Source of the DNA: Camelus dromedarius
Lineage: Eukaryota
DNA length: 64,000 nt
Direction: 5' to 3'
Assembly (NCBI RefSeq): GCF_036321535.1
Contig: NC_087437.1
Location: 80,230,001 to 80,294,000, forward strand
The notes beneath the pieces were generated by a model, which searched no databases, was not told the origin of the DNA, and worked only from the letters and a program-made list of their open reading frames with translations. Of this stretch, positions 26,396 through 40,593 are shown piece by piece. Position 1 is the first letter of the stretch. Each line of letters starts with the position of its first letter. The position numbers and the translations under genes were made by a program.

Positions 26396-27196
26396 CTGGA
26401 GGTCATAACAAGAAAGATATGAATTGAATCTTTGTCTTTTGGGAGTTGACATCCTGATATGGATGGACTGGAAATGATTAATCCTTTTCTTCTTTCCTTG
26501 CCAGAAGTCAGGCATTTGCTTAATTGAATAGAGACAGAAAAGCCTGTTCTCCATATATGGGATGGAACTGAAGCTATTTTTACAGGCAGAAAAGTAAAGT
26601 TCTCATCAGATTATCTATGGAAGTAGTCCAATGTTGAAACAATATCATGTTCCTAGTGGTTTTTCATGGAACTAGTTACACATTAACTACAAAACTGGTT
26701 CAAGAGAATCCTCTGTACTAGAACTCTGTGTATACCACAGAAATAGGAGGATGGCAACCACATGTGGAGAAGTAGAAAGGAAAGTATAGAAGAAAACAAG
26801 GGGAAGATTTTGATGGAAGATGTAGATCCAAGGAGGATTTTTAAATTTATTTTTTTATAGAATATTGAAACCCTGACAGAGTTTGACCATGCTGTTATAA
26901 AGGCAGCAGCCTCTGTGCCCTGTCTTTCTGCCCAGTCAGCTTCCCTTTCTGGTCACATTTTATTCTTGCACCCATGAGGATTTATCCAACTAGACTTCTT
27001 GCACACAACCCTTGTTTATTTAGTACAGATTATGTTAAAATCTATATTGAAAGAATGAGTAATTGGATTAATGTGTAGCTAAATGTTATTTATCATTTTT
27101 ACTTTTTCACTTCTTTCCTTCAGTTATCCTTATTTTAATGTTTTCCTATTCATTTTGCACTTTGTAGATTGTATATGGAAAACTCTATTTCGGCAT

Positions 27197-27584
27197 TGTT
27201 AAAAAACAAATTCAACTGAGTAAATTTTAAAGATCTTATTGGCTTTATTCAACAGTTTATGAATTGGGCAGCATCCCATATAGCAGGTAGAAGGGAGCTC
27301 TGCGGAGTTATACAGAAAGACTTTTACAGGCAGAAGGGAACAGCAACAAGGAAGTTATACTAGCAAAAAAGTGGACTGGTTGTGGCAAGATCACTTTTCT
27401 TTAGTGGATGATTGGGGTCTAACAGACAGATTACCTCACTAGTGCAGACCAGGTGATTCCTAACTGATAAGTTTAAGATTCCAATTCTGGGAGAGGCCAA
27501 AACTGTAACTAATTAAGTTTCAGTTTGGTGACATGGGACTTAGCAAAAGTGACTCCATTTTGGACTGCTTTCTTCTTGTTAACA
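27197..27584 (-). mobile_element. Solo ERV1-class LTR
   Basis: TGTTAA...TTAACA termini, 4-bp TSD gcat/gtat, tttatt (polyA signal on minus). Confidence 0.8.
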
Positions 27585-28109
27585 GTATGCAATAAGGGAT
27601 TTTGTTGTTGTTGATTATTTGCATTCTGTGCACACTAGATTTTTTTGAGTTTTTTTCTATCTTCCATATTCAATGAAAACCCCCCAAAATGTATGCGTCA
27701 TTTTATTTCTATATTTGTTAATGAAATTCAACAAATTCTTCTTTATAAATCCCTCTTTTCCCTATTTCGTGTGAGTTTGGAACCCACAATAGTGTCAAAG
27801 CTGTCTTAAATCTTTAAATCTTAGCCAAGAAATTATAGCTCATTTTTTATGAATGCATATTTGATATGTCTCAGTTGCTTTTTTTGTAAACAAAGCAATA
27901 CAGAATAATACAAATGGGAGGGTGAGTATCACCTAAGGTTTAGCATCCAGAGATTTCCAGTGTTAGTATTTTACTGAATATACACCTCAATTTTTCACTA
28001 TGTCTGTAGATACATATGAAAATGAATATATAGTTGTACATAAAGGGGATATTTCTACTCAGACTGTTTGAAATAATGTTTTTTTCACTAAACCATACCT
28101 TGGGCATAA

Positions 28110-28490
28110 CTCCATGTTCATAAATATAGAACTCCCTGCAGCCTGCAAGGCTGAGTGTAATCTGGCCCCACCTACCTCTCCTAGCTCATCTGCAACATCA
28201 CTCCCCTTTACTCATCCCACTTCAATTGACCTCCTTGCTAGTCCTCAAGCACAGAAGCTTCCTCCTACATCAGGGCTTTTATGTTTTCTGTTTCCATGTA
28301 ATTCCAAAGCTCTTTCTCCAGTTCTTTCTTTGACAGGCCACCTCATGTTTGCTGTTTATGTCTTAGCTCTAAAATCCCCCCTCACAATGACTTTATCTGA
28401 AGGGGCCCCACCCAGTCACTCTACATCTCATCACTCTGAATTATTTTCATCAAACTTTTATCTCTGTCTGAAATTAACTTACTAATTTGT
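28110..28490 (+). mobile_element. L2 remnant
   Basis: atctggccccacctacctctc...cagggctttt...tcttagctctaaaatc. Confidence 0.6.
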
Positions 28491-30572
28491 CAAACATCCA
28501 GGGTACTTTTTAGTGAATTCTTTTTATATACTTCAATAAAATATATTTTAAAAAAGAACCTGCATCCCAGCAGTCACCACCATTTTTATGTTGTAAACAA
28601 CAATTTAGTTTTTCAGCAAATCATTATCCATCATATTAAACTAATGTTGTTAATCTGTATTTACAGCTTTGTTTGTATTTAAATTGTAAATGTGCTTTGA
28701 TTAAAAAGTAGTATAAGTGTTTTTAGTACAGGGAATTTATATTATGTTTTACATTTACATAAATTTAAGGAAAAATACAATACAAATAATCTAAGTACAT
28801 AATGGGAGTCAGAATTTTTTTTTCCTTTAGAAAAGATTTATACAATACACATGGTTGAGAACTACTGACTAAACCATCCCAGTCATTTTATATAGTGGCC
28901 TTTTTTAAAGTAGTTAATGTCTCTCTATAATCAAAAAGTCAAAATCCAAACTGGCCCAGAGTAGGTTGAAAATGCATATCTATGGCTTTGATGTTGAAAT
29001 GTATTTTTCTAAGCAAGGCTCTTTATTTTTCTTTCTAAGTGGCATAATATATACTGTATCTGCTCTTAACAAACTGTAACTAAGCAATGAATCATAAAGG
29101 TTCATAAAGCAATGAATCATAAAGGGTCAACAGAAATCTCAACCACTTTTTCTTAGAGACCTCTAGCTTAAAACAAATTGTACTATGAGTAAGTCAAAGG
29201 TGCCACAGTAAATGTAGCAATTCATTCTCTCCTTTTTTCCAAGGCAGGAATAGGTCCAATACAGGGAAAATAGTGAATCCTTTAAACAGCAATTAGGAGA
29301 TTAATAAACTGATCAACTAGCAATACTTCAAGCAAACCAAAACATTATCAGAACTTAAGACTTCAAGGATAGTTGGCATTACTATAGAATAACCTATAGA
29401 TCTTCAACTTACATCTTCTAACAAAAGAAAAGCAATTGAAATTTCCTCCAGAGCTTAGCAAGAATCATTAGAGTTATTGCTTATAAGTTAAACATTTAAA
29501 CCAGCCGGCATAGCTTATTGTATAAACTGTAGGAGAGTTGCTAAAACCTAAATTTTGGGCAATATGAGCTTCCAATGAGTTAAATTAACTTTATGTTGTA
29601 AGAAATATGGAAAGCTCAGTTTAAATGATGAGGTCCCTAAGATATAAAAAAATAGTAATAAAGTGCTTTTTTTCCAAAACTCTACTCATCAATAAAGAAT
29701 TCATCAATGGAATCTATAGCCAGATTTTTGTAATTGTAATTGTAATGAGTAATTGTAAATATAAATGTTTGAGAAGATATTCATCTCTTCTAGGAAAAAT
29801 ACAATTTTAGAAACATTTGTGAATCATGACCTGGTTCAATTATCATGAATACCTTGGAAATCAGATGAAAAAAGAGACCAACGATTCTAAAAATCATTTA
29901 CTAAAGAGCAATTCATTTAATTTAAAATAAAAATGAAAACCACTATTTTGAGGGTTTTTCTCTTTTTTTGGTTCTTTCTTAGTCACAAACCCTCAGAGCT
30001 CTAACACTCTGATCTAAGAGCACTCATTAGTGCAGCCTGAAAAAACAATGTGAACATTAAGCACTAATACTTGAAAATGTACAGTAAGAAATAGCTGGTA
30101 GAAAAAAAAATGCTGCAAGATTCATCACAAAGTGCTTGTAGTTCATTTAACTTAAAAATATATTTTCCAATTTAAACTATATTTGAAAATTAAATATTTT
30201 CTTCTTTCTGCTGAATCATAATTTTAGGCAATTTTTGATCTGCAGTTGGTCCTCAGTAACTATTAAATATGAATTTGTTACCTCTACCCAGAACTTGAAC
30301 CCTTTGAGAGAGTAAAGTATTGTTAATTTCATGACTCTATAGAAAGTTCACTTGTGGAACTACCTACTGTAATTCAAGTATTGCATAGAGCATTCTGAAA
30401 TTGCTATGAAATTAAATGGTGAGATTAATAATTTTAGATATGGCTGCTGTGTACTCCTGGAGTGAATCACTTTTTCTGTCTTTTCATTAAGGACATTACA
30501 AAGACTTCAGTTTTCAGAGGTCTTCCCTTTACTCCCCAAATAAAAATAATCAAAGTCTCCCAGTCCACTTAC

Positions 30573-30754
30573 ACAACATAATACTCAGTCTTTTAAAGGA
30601 TCCTCTCTCTAAGTATTTTTAAGGGTCTCAGTGACTGCATATACACATTCCACAAATCTGTGTAGGTTGTTATGTATCCACTGTCAATTTAGGCAGATGC
30701 TCCAGGGATCTCTGTTGCTGCACCTCTCAAAAGTCCATGCCTCTTTACTGAAGA
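30573..30754 (-). pseudogene. Pseudo-exon, 182 nt: LQ*RGMDF*EVQQQRSLEHLPKLTVDT / NLHRFVECVYAVTETLKNT*REDPLKD*VLCC
   Basis: Long polypyrimidine tract and cctag acceptor, consensus donor TGT|gtaagt; phase-2 start fits; needs one frameshift. Confidence 0.6.
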
Positions 30755-30925
30755 CTAGGATATTATAAAAGGACATTTAAAGTCAGAGAAAAAAAAGTTT
30801 AAAATTGGATATCAGTTATTTCTACTTTGGAGACAACTGGTCATATCTCTTCAGCAGAAGTCTTTGACCTGGCCTTCTCCCTCTTTAGTGTTGCAGCTTG
30901 CTGCCATTTTCAAGGTCCATCTTAC

Positions 30926-31109
30926 CTCTCATAGAAATATCCCAAAAGAGCCCTCAGTTTCTACTGCTCCCCCACTTAATCAGCATGAGATCATAAAATC
31001 TGTACAATCACCACTCTGCCCACAACAGAGTCAAGGTTTTCTATTACAGAACAGCTGAGCTTTTCCTTGTCCCTAACTTTTCCATTCCAGAGTGGCATTT
31101 TGGATTTAC
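30926..31109 (-). pseudogene. Pseudo-exon, 184 nt: KSKMPLWNGKVRDKEKLSCSVIENLDSVVGRVVIVQIL*SHAD*VGEQ*KLRALLGYFYE
   Basis: Acceptor tccatag|GT, strong donor GAG|gtaaga; phase 1>2. Confidence 0.65.
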
Positions 31110-31229
31110 CTATGGATAACTTGAAGTGGCATTAAAGTTTTTCCCAAAAGAAAAAACACAACCATGACCCAAAGACGAATTATGCCTTTACCCTTAGAGC
31201 AACAGAGAAAACCACTAACAGCTTTAAAA

Positions 31230-34200
31230 TAGTAATCTGATAGTTTGAATGAATGAATTAGATCTACAATATGGATAGATCTGGAAAATAATTTTAATGT
31301 TATAGAATAATATAGTATGAAATGACGTCATTCTAGAGTGACCAGAAGAAGGCAGAAACTGAAAGAAGGATCCAGTGAAAAATAACAACTGGAAGGGTAA
31401 AAGAAGCTAGCAGAGATTTGATTTGTTGCACTCTGCAAGGAAAAACGGTCTAAAGTCTGGAGTATAAGCTTGATAAACATCTTGGGTTTCCCACACACTC
31501 ACTCAGAGAAAACTAAAAACCAATCTTCTGTCTACCAAACTTAAAATCAAATTTCAGTCTATCACCCAGTAATTTGATTTTCTGCTATGTTATTATAACT
31601 AGACATAGTGAATGATACCTCATAAAGAGTCTGGATTCTATTACCTTCCTCTGAAGCATGTTTATTTGTGTTTCAGCAGGCCTGCTATGTTATTATAACC
31701 AGGCATAGTGAATGATACATTAGAGAGACTCTGGACTCTTCTATCATCCTCTGAAGATGTTGATTTGTTTTTCTCACAGGCAATTAAATTACTAAGTAAA
31801 TCACCCCAGTTCCCAGGAAATCCTACATGGTGGTAGTGATGATGACAGCAGTGGCTGTGCAGAAAGGAGGAGGGGAACCCTTTTCTCTGCCAAATGGCCT
31901 GATTCTTAGTGGAGCCAAGAATATACAAGGAATTCCATTGCTTTTTTTCCCTTTATATAATCACTACTTAACCCCAGAGGCAGAGGCAATTATAGGAAAT
32001 ATGCAAGAGAGTGGAAAGACTAAAGTCCTAGCTTTATTGCCAGAGGAATGGGAGGAGGATTGGATACTGGGAGCCAGAAAGTATTAGGTACATCACAGAG
32101 AGGATGGAACTAGAGAAAATGATCCCATAAAATTGTGTATAAAGTCTTATGCTCACTTTACAGTTGTGAATTCATAGATCTAACCCCAAACAGTATATCA
32201 AAGGTTTTGATAACTGAACTATAAGGTAGATCACTGACCAGATCCCAGACTGGCTACTGGTGATATTTGCACAGGACTGATCAGAAAAGCACTAAAAAGA
32301 CTGTGAAAAACAACCTGAAATGGAGCCATACTCTACAGAAGGTAAGATCTGAACCTAACAAGGTAGATGTCTTGTTAAAAGAAAAAAAAAAAAAGTTTTC
32401 CCATATGATTTTTAAAAAGACCTAGAGTAACATACAGAATATTTAAAAATCCAGGATACATTCCAAAATTGTTTTATATACAAAATGCTAGGAAATTTTC
32501 AACATCTTGAAAAGAGGCAATTGCCAGATGCTAACCTAAAGATGACATGAGTGTTAAAATTGTGAGATAACACCTATAAAGCAGCTATTATAACTTGCTT
32601 CAAGAAGTAAAGTTAAGCACTCAAGAAACAAATAGAAAGATGGGGAAGAACTTAACATGAATAGAATAGAATATGTAAAAAATTATAAAGCCAAATGGAA
32701 ATTTTAGAACTAAAAAATATAATAACCAAACAAAACTTCACTGGATGAGCTCAATATCAAAATGGAGGTGACAGAGGAAACTCTTAATAAACTTCCAGAC
32801 AGATCAATAGAAATTACCTAATCTGAACAAAAAAGAGGGGAAAATGATCTAGAAAAATAAGCAGAGCCTCAAGGGGCTGTAGGACAATATCAAAAGATCT
32901 AACATTTATTCCATTTAAAACCCAAAAGAAGAGGGAAAAGAATAGGTACAGAGAAAACTATTTGAATAAATAATGGCTGAAAACTTCATAAATTTTGGAA
33001 AAGACATAAACTTATAGATTTAAGCTCAATGGATCCCAAAACAGGATAAACTAAATGGAATTAATGCCCAGACACATCATCACCAAACTTCTGAAAACTA
33101 AAAATAAAGAAAATTTCTTGAAAGCAGCCAGAGAAAAACAATGCATTACATAGACGGGAACAACAATGTGAAGTGCTACAGATTCTCCATTGGAAACCAT
33201 GGACGCCTGAAGAGTATAATTTTTAATGTGCTGAAATAAAAGAACCATCAATTAAGAGTTCTACACCCAGTGAAAATATCCTTCAAAAAATGAAGAAGAA
33301 ATTGAAACATTTATCAGATGAAGAAAAACTAGAAGAATTTGTCAACAGCAGACATATTCAGAAAGAAATATTAAAGGAAGATCTGAAGAAAAAAGGAAAA
33401 TGATATCAAAGGGAAGCTTGAAACTTTGGAAGTGAAGGATGGACAACAGAAACGATAACTATCTGAATAAATATGAGACTATTTTCTGCTAAGTTATTTA
33501 AATAGTTATGTCAGATAAAAGCAAAAATGGTTAACATTGTCCCATCGGGTCTCATTATATGTCAGTATAATGTATATGAAAATTACATTATGGGATCTAT
33601 ATGTGGTATGATTTCTATATTCCCTGTGAAGTGATAAAATATTAATTCTAAGTAGACTGCAAAAAGTTAAGTAAAAATACACTGTAATCTCTAGAGCAAC
33701 CATTCAAATACACACAAAAAACACACAGAGGTATAGTCAACAACTCAATAGATAAAAGGAAATATTAAGAAAATATTCAAATATCATAAAGGAAAAGAGG
33801 AAAGTAGAAAGAAAGGAACAAAAATTAGAGGAAAACAAGAGAAAAAATAATAAAAGAGTAGACCTATTTGTTTTAAACATACACAAATCTAAACATATAA
33901 TTACATTAAAAGTAAATTCTTTAAACACACCAATTTTAAAATATAGATTTCAGAATGTACCAAAAAAAGATCCAACTACATGTTACAACAAAGCCACTTT
34001 AAATATAACAATACAGGTAAATTAGAAGTAAAAGAATAAGAAAGGTGTAGCATGCAAGTATCAACTGAAAGAAAATAGGAATGGCTGTTAACACGGGAAA
34101 AAAGAAATCTTGTAGCAAGGAAAAGTTAAGAGGGCTAAAGATAGACATTACCTAATGATTCAAGGTATATGTTACATTCACCAAGAATATAACAATCCTA

Positions 34201-36680
34201 AACATGTATTACCTAACAACAGAGCCTCAAAATACATGAGATAAAAACTGACAGCATTAAAAAGAGAAGCCTCTAATAATAGTTGGAGACTTCAATACTC
34301 TCATTCAGTAATTTAAAAAGCATGTATATTTTATAAATTAGCAAAGATATCAAAGAATAGAACAATACTATTAACTAACCAGAGCTAATTAACATTTATA
34401 AAATTCCACCAAAAGATAGAATACACATTCTGCTCAAGTGCAAATGAAACATATTGCAAGACAGACCATATCCTGTGTCAAAACAGACCTCAACAAAATT
34501 TTTTAATGAAACTATACAAAATATGTTCTCTGATCATAATAGGGTTAAAATAGAATTCAATAGCAGGAAGATAACTAGGAAATCTTTAAATATATGATAA
34601 TTAAACCACATAATTTTAAATAATCTATTGATCAAAGAGGGAATTATTAAGAGAAATTGTTAAATGTTTTGAACTGAATGAAAACGAAGAATCAACATAT
34701 TAAAATGTGTGGGATACAGCCTAAGCAGTGTTTAGAGGGATATTATGATCAATAAGGGGTTAATATTCAAAATGTACAAATACCTTGTGCAACTCAATAT
34801 CAACAAAACAAACAACCAGGTTAAAAAATGAGCAGAAGCCTGAATAGACATTTTTCCAAAGAAGACATACAGATGGCCAACAGGCACATGAAAAAATGTT
34901 CAACATTGCCAATCACTAGAGAAATGCAAATCAAAACCACAATGAGATATCACCTCACACCTATCAAAATGGCTTTCATCAAAAGGACCACAAATAACAA
35001 ATTTTGACAAGAACATGGTGTAAAGGGAACCCTTGTAGACTGTTGGTGGAAATGTAAGTTGGCACAGTCACTGTGGAAAATAGTATGGAAATTCCTCAAA
35101 AAATTAAAAATACAACTACCATATGACACAGCAATTCTACTCCTAGGTATATAGCCAAAGAAAATAAAAACACTAATTTGAAAAGCTACACACACCCCAA
35201 TGTTCATAGCAGCATTATTAACAATGGCCAAGATATGGAAACAACCTAAGTGTCTATCAACAGATGAATGGATAAAGAAAATGTGTATATATAGAGAACA
35301 GAATACTATTCAGCCATAAAAAAGCATGAAATTTTGCCATATGCAACAACATGAACAGATCTAGAGGGTATTGTGCATAATGAAATAATTTAGACATAAT
35401 ATGCATGTTATCACTCATATGTGGAATCTAAAAAATAAAATGAATGAATATAACAAAACAGAAACTCACAGACATAGAGAACAGACACAGAGAACAAACT
35501 AATGATTACCAGTGAGTAGAGGGAAGTGGTGAGGGGCAAGATAGGGGTAGAGGATTAAGAGGTAAAAATTACTATGTATAAAGTAAATAAGCTACAAGGA
35601 TATATTATACAGCACAGGGAATATAGCCATTATTTTGTAATAACTTTACATAAAGTATAATCTATAAAAATATTGAATCACTAGAATCAGGTATATATGC
35701 TATATACCTGAAACTAATATGATATTGTAAATCAACTACGCTTCCATAAAAAGGGGAAAAAAACTTAGGAAAGGAAATTTCTCAAATCAACAATTTAAAA
35801 CTCTACTCCAAACTAGGAAAAAAAGACCAAAATATACCCAAAGCTAGCAAAAGGAAGGAAATGACAAAAATAAGAGCATAAATCAAAGAAACTGAAAACA
35901 GAAAAATACAGAAAATTTTAAAAACTGACTCTTTGAAAAAATGATAAAATTAATAAACCTTTAACTAGATTGACAAATAAAAAAGAGGACACAAATTGTC
36001 AATATCAGGAACAAAATAAGAGACATCACTACCATCTCTGCAGATACCAAAAGGATAATGAGAGAATACTACAAAAAACTCTACACACATAAATTTGACA
36101 ATTTGGGTAAAGTGGACCAATTTATCAAAAAACACAAACTTGTGCTGTACACCAGAAATTGACACAACATTGTAAACTCATTATACTTCAATTTAAAAAC
36201 AAACCACAAACTACCACAACTCACCTAATAAGAAACATATAATTTGAATGACTATTAAAGAAATGAAATTCATAGTTTATAAGCCTTCCTAAGTTGAAAA
36301 CTCCAGGCCTAGATGGTTTTATTGGTGAATTCTACCAAAGATTTAAAGAAGAAATAACCTATTCTACAATTATCTTCCAGAAGATAGAAGAGAAGGTAAC
36401 ACTTCTCAACTCATTCTGCAAAGCCAGTTTTACCCTGGTACCAAAATCAGAAAAAAAAAACAGTACAAGAAAAGAACATTACAGGCAAATATACTTAATG
36501 GACATAAACACAAAAATACTTAATAAAATATTAATAAATTAAATCCAACAAAAATACAAAAAGAACACATCACTACAAAGTGGGGTTCATCCCAAGAATG
36601 TAAGGTGGATTATTTGAACAATCAGTGTAATCCATCATTCTAACAAGCTGCAAGAGAAAAAAATCAATAATCAGACATTA
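31230..36680 (+). mobile_element. Old L1 (5' region, ORF1, ORF2 EN to start of RT) with nested insertions
   Basis: ORF1 motif cccagacacatcatcaccaaacttctgaaaact; EN motif gttggagacttcaatactc; peptide PGLDGFIGEFYQRFKEE. Confidence 0.85.
34741..35755 (+). mobile_element. Nested younger L1 3' end
   Basis: ORF2 C-terminus, 3' UTR and A-rich tail interrupt the older L1. Confidence 0.85.
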
Positions 36681-36719
36681 TAAATTTTCTGAAGTAGCTC
36701 CTCAATAAAATTTTAAAGA

Positions 36720-37368
36720 AGTCTGGTTGGGGAGCTGTTCATAAAAGAAGCCAAAAGAGGTAGAAAGAACAGAACTGGTATTTGGACCATTTTTTCCTGA
36801 CTTGGGGGTTGAAAATGGATATAACTCCTCAAGAATTTCGAGAAGCTCCTAGTGAACCTCTTGAGACAGTATAACTGATGGCACAGCTAGGAAGACAGCT
36901 GACAAGGATGAGAAAAATTAAATTTTACTTCTTTTTTCACAACATTTCACTTTCTCCTTTTTACCATATAGGTCACCACTGAACCGAAGTGGTCTTATTA
37001 AAAGAAAAAATACTCAGTTTCTGCTGATAAGGAAGTCAGCTCTTCTGCGTTAAGACAGTGTTACATTTTGGTAACGAGAGACAAAAAATTTCAGCAGAAT
37101 GTTAGATCTTTGTGTTTACTTTTTATATATGACTCCTTTCAACTATATCTGCATCCCTTTCCAAAAGTTTTTTTGAAGTTTGCTGGCTTGTGGCCATGGG
37201 TGCACTTTCCCTGATGACTATCAACAATTCTTTGGTCTCCCCCCTATTTAAGTGTCGTAAGAGGATCCTCCACCTCCATTGACCTCAAGACAATTTTCAG
37301 AGAGTCTTAGGCCACAACTCATACATGAAATTTTTAATTCTGGTGCACTGCTTTGTGATGGCAGGAAT
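36720..37368 (-). pseudogene. Degraded large exon or exon pair (IPAITKQCTRIKNFMYELWPKTL*...; VPSVILSQEVH*ELLEILEELYPFSTPKSGKNGP)
   Basis: Strong acceptor ttttattcatttcccacag|ATT; protein-like stretches with stops and frameshifts; 3' boundary uncertain. Confidence 0.5.
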
Positions 37369-37537
37369 CTGTGGGAAATGAATAAAAGAGTAAGTTGTAC
37401 ATCTGGTATGACATAGTACAGAACAGAAATACCAGCTCCAGATTGGTGAGGTGATTCATGATCTAAGCCAATTAGTTCAGAGGAAATAGCATTTCAGAGT
37501 CATGGGTGACCATAAGAATTAAGAATTCTGGAAACAG

Positions 37538-38177
37538 GCATATATCCAGAGGGAACATTAATTCAAAAAGACACCTGCACCCCAATGTTCATAGCAGCAC
37601 TATTTACAATAGCCAAGACATGGAAACAACCTAAATGTCCATCAACAGATGACTGGATAAAGAAGTTGTGGTATATTTATACAATGGAATACTATTCATT
37701 CATAAAAATGAATAAAATAATGCCATTTGCAGCAACATGGATGGCCCTGGAGAATGTCATTCTAAGTGAAGTAAGCCAGAAAGAAAAAGAAAAATACCAT
37801 ATGATATCACTCATACGTGGAATCTAAAAAAAAACAAAAGACAAATGAACTTATTTATAAAACAGAAACAGACTCACAGACATAGAAAACAAACTTATGG
37901 TTACCAGGGGGAAAAGGGGTAGGAAGGGATAAATTGGGAGTTCGAGATTTGCAGACTCTGACTGGTATATATAAAATAGATAAACAAGTTTACACTGTAT
38001 AGCACAGGGAACTATATTTGATATCTTGTAGTAGTTTACGGTGAAAAAGAATATGAAAACGAATATACGTATATTCATAAATGACTGAAGCACTGTGCTG
38101 TACACCAGAAATTGACACAACATTGTAAACTGACTTCAATGAAAAAAAGTAAAAAAATAAGAAAAAGAAAAAGAAAA
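37538..38177 (+). mobile_element. Camelid L1 3' end with TSD
   Basis: Peptide MFIAALFTIAKTWKQPKCPS; TSD AAGAATTCTGGAAACAG (37521-37537) / AAGAACTCCTGAAACAG (38178-38194). Confidence 0.9.
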
Positions 38178-38640
38178 AAGAACTCCTGAAACAGACAGAA
38201 ATCTTGGGGATTTTCACATGGCTTGAAATTGGAAGCTGACTAAATTCTCTCTCTAGAGTAACCATCTGGCATGGGGATGACATGCTATATACCACCACAT
38301 TAACTAGGAGGACCTTCCAAATATTCCAAAGGGGACTCTGTCTTCTCCTGAACAACAGATTGTTCTGGTTTATACTGTGCTTAAAGAGATTATTTTCATT
38401 CTCTTCTAGGATGCACAGCCCCCAAAAGCCATCAAGTGATTTATGAAAATTTTCTAGTGCTAGTTAATTAATACTTTCTGAACAGCTCAGCCTTGATAAA
38501 AAAACAATTTAAAAAAACTTTCATATACATCTCAGTAATACTAGGAAGGATAATTCTATTTCTATGCCAGTATGTCCAACTAGCATTAAAAGAGAGGTTG
38601 TTGGTCTTGTTTGTTTGATTGTTTCAGGGAGTGGCAATAC

Positions 38641-38727
38641 TTCTGAGAGAGGTGGTACGAACATCCTTTGGCTCCACTATAGTTGAGGCTCAGTGAACTT
38701 GGCTGTGGCCCTTATGAGTACCTTGAT
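38641..38727 (-). pseudogene. Possible pseudo-exon: IKVLIRATAKFTEPQL*WSQRMFVPPLSE
   Basis: Pyrimidine-rich acceptor ...gatacctag|ATC, donor GAA|gtattg; 87 nt, phase 0>0. Confidence 0.4.
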
Positions 38728-39159
38728 CTAGGTATCAAAAGCAAAGAAAAACAATCATTACTCAAAAGAAAAAATACAGGAAAGCTTAGAATTACATGTT
38801 AGGAAAAGTAATTACAGCCTGTCTTGAATATTAAGCAAAGAATCCCTTTTCTGACAATTCTGAGTCAATGTTCTTCTTTCCTTCATTTGGTTGTGTTCAG
38901 ATGAAAACATTAAGACCAGGAAGGACAAATCTAATCAATATGGCTTGCTGTAGTCCATCTATTTAATATACACAAAATTTCATGATACATGTTAACTTGG
39001 TAAATATAATACAGTTTGTAATTTGTAAAGTACTAGTTACCAAAGTGATAACTACACAAAAAGTGAACTAAGTGAAATGTGTCTTTGGTTCCTCCACATA
39101 CTGCCTTTCTCTGATTTTTCCCCATCCCCCATATCCTTCCTCTAGACATCACAATCCAA

Positions 39160-39345
39160 TATGAGGGCCACAAGCTACATGAGGCTATTTAACTTTTAAT
39201 TAAAATTAAATAAAATTTAAAATTCATTTTCTCAGTTGCACTAGCCACATTTCAAGTGCTCAATCATCACATATGACTAATAACTACCATGGTGAATAGT
39301 GCAGATAAACAACGTTTTCATCAATGCAGAAAGTTCTAATGCACA
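39160..39345. mobile_element. hAT MER3/MER33-like fragment
   Basis: ctcagttgcactagccacatttcaagtgctcaat...gcagaaagttct. Confidence 0.7.
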
Positions 39346-40430
39346 TTGCTGGTCTCAACACAAAAATTTTTGCAGTCTCCTTTCTGGCCAGCATTCTCCC
39401 CCACCCACCACCTCCCAACCCAGGCCATGCCTTCCCAAGCATTTCCCAGTGTTTTCCTTTTCTTTTCTTACTCTCATAGCTTCCCTGAGCCTTCTCATAG
39501 TTCTCCATAGGAAGTACCATTTTATAATTCCTTTTTTGAGGACCTTCCTGAAAACTTAAATAACTTGATACACTAACCTGTGCTTAGGCAGTTTGTGGAT
39601 GCACAGAGTTGACATGTTCTCTCTCCAAAGTAACACATTTGCATTTTAACAGAAAGCTTCTGGAGATTTCATGCATTTATACAAAGGGCTGACTCTAAAA
39701 GCTGTGGCTTTAAGTACTGTAGCAACCTGGGAGCTTTGGTGAACAGACCTCAGAATGCAAGGGCCTTTTTTTTTTTTTAATTGGAGTACAGTCAGTTACA
39801 ATGCATCAATTTCTGGAGGCTTTAAAGCATATTTCAAAGCACATTATCCTGTTGGCCTGCTCATCTACAATGCCCTTGGGTCACTATGTTGTTTTGTCTC
39901 CTAGGAGCACTGGGCTATCCCTAAGTGTCACCACAATAGAGGTAACACTATGCATCTGACACAGAAAAGGAATAGCAGGTCAAAAGATGTTTGTTTTGCT
40001 TGTAACTATGAAAATTGTTAAAGCTCAGGGTGAGGTTTCGTACCATAATCCATTTATTCTTTGTCCATTCTGGGCTTCCTGCCAAGGCATCAATCACACA
40101 AGCAATAATCAATAGCAAAATAAGAGCTCATATAACATTCTTAACAATAATTTGGCAAATATTCCCTTCTCCCCCAATGTAGGACTCGAATAACTGGACT
40201 GGCAATCCAGCTTAGGCTAGAAAACATTTTTAAAAAGAAAAGAAAGGGAAAGAAAAGAGAGGCTTCTCACACTCTGAGTACTTAAGACATCAGTCTGCAA
40301 ACGATTCTAGTTTGCCCTGTGGGTCCACTCACTGGGTCGGAGAGAAGCAAACAACTGGCCACCACTGTGCCTGGGCTAATAGTTTTCATCTGGTTACCAC
40401 AAAATGCAAGAAGTAAAAGTAAATATTCAC

Positions 40431-40593
40431 CTCCTCAGAAGGCTTTGGTTCTCTTAATGTATTCAGGAAAAAAGACTGAAGAGAAAAAGAGGGTAGCCAG
40501 ACCTGCCTCAGGAGCAAATAATGTCCCACGCACAATGTCCCACATTCTGAATTCAGCTGATCGTTTCCTTGTGGTATCATTCAACTTGATCTT
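40431..40593 (-). pseudogene. Pseudo-exon, 163 nt: (E)DQVE*YHKETIS*IQNVGHCAWDIICS*GRSGYPLFLFSLFS*IH*...
   Basis: Acceptor tgtgtag|AAG, donor GAG|gtgaat; phase-1 start fits; several TGA consistent with CGA decay; frame uncertain. Confidence 0.55.

Noticed and set aside
29082..29125. Short direct repeats (also 46056-46099 and 62726-62765) resembling CRISPR units
   Set aside because: Two-copy slippage duplications in a mammalian genome; no array.
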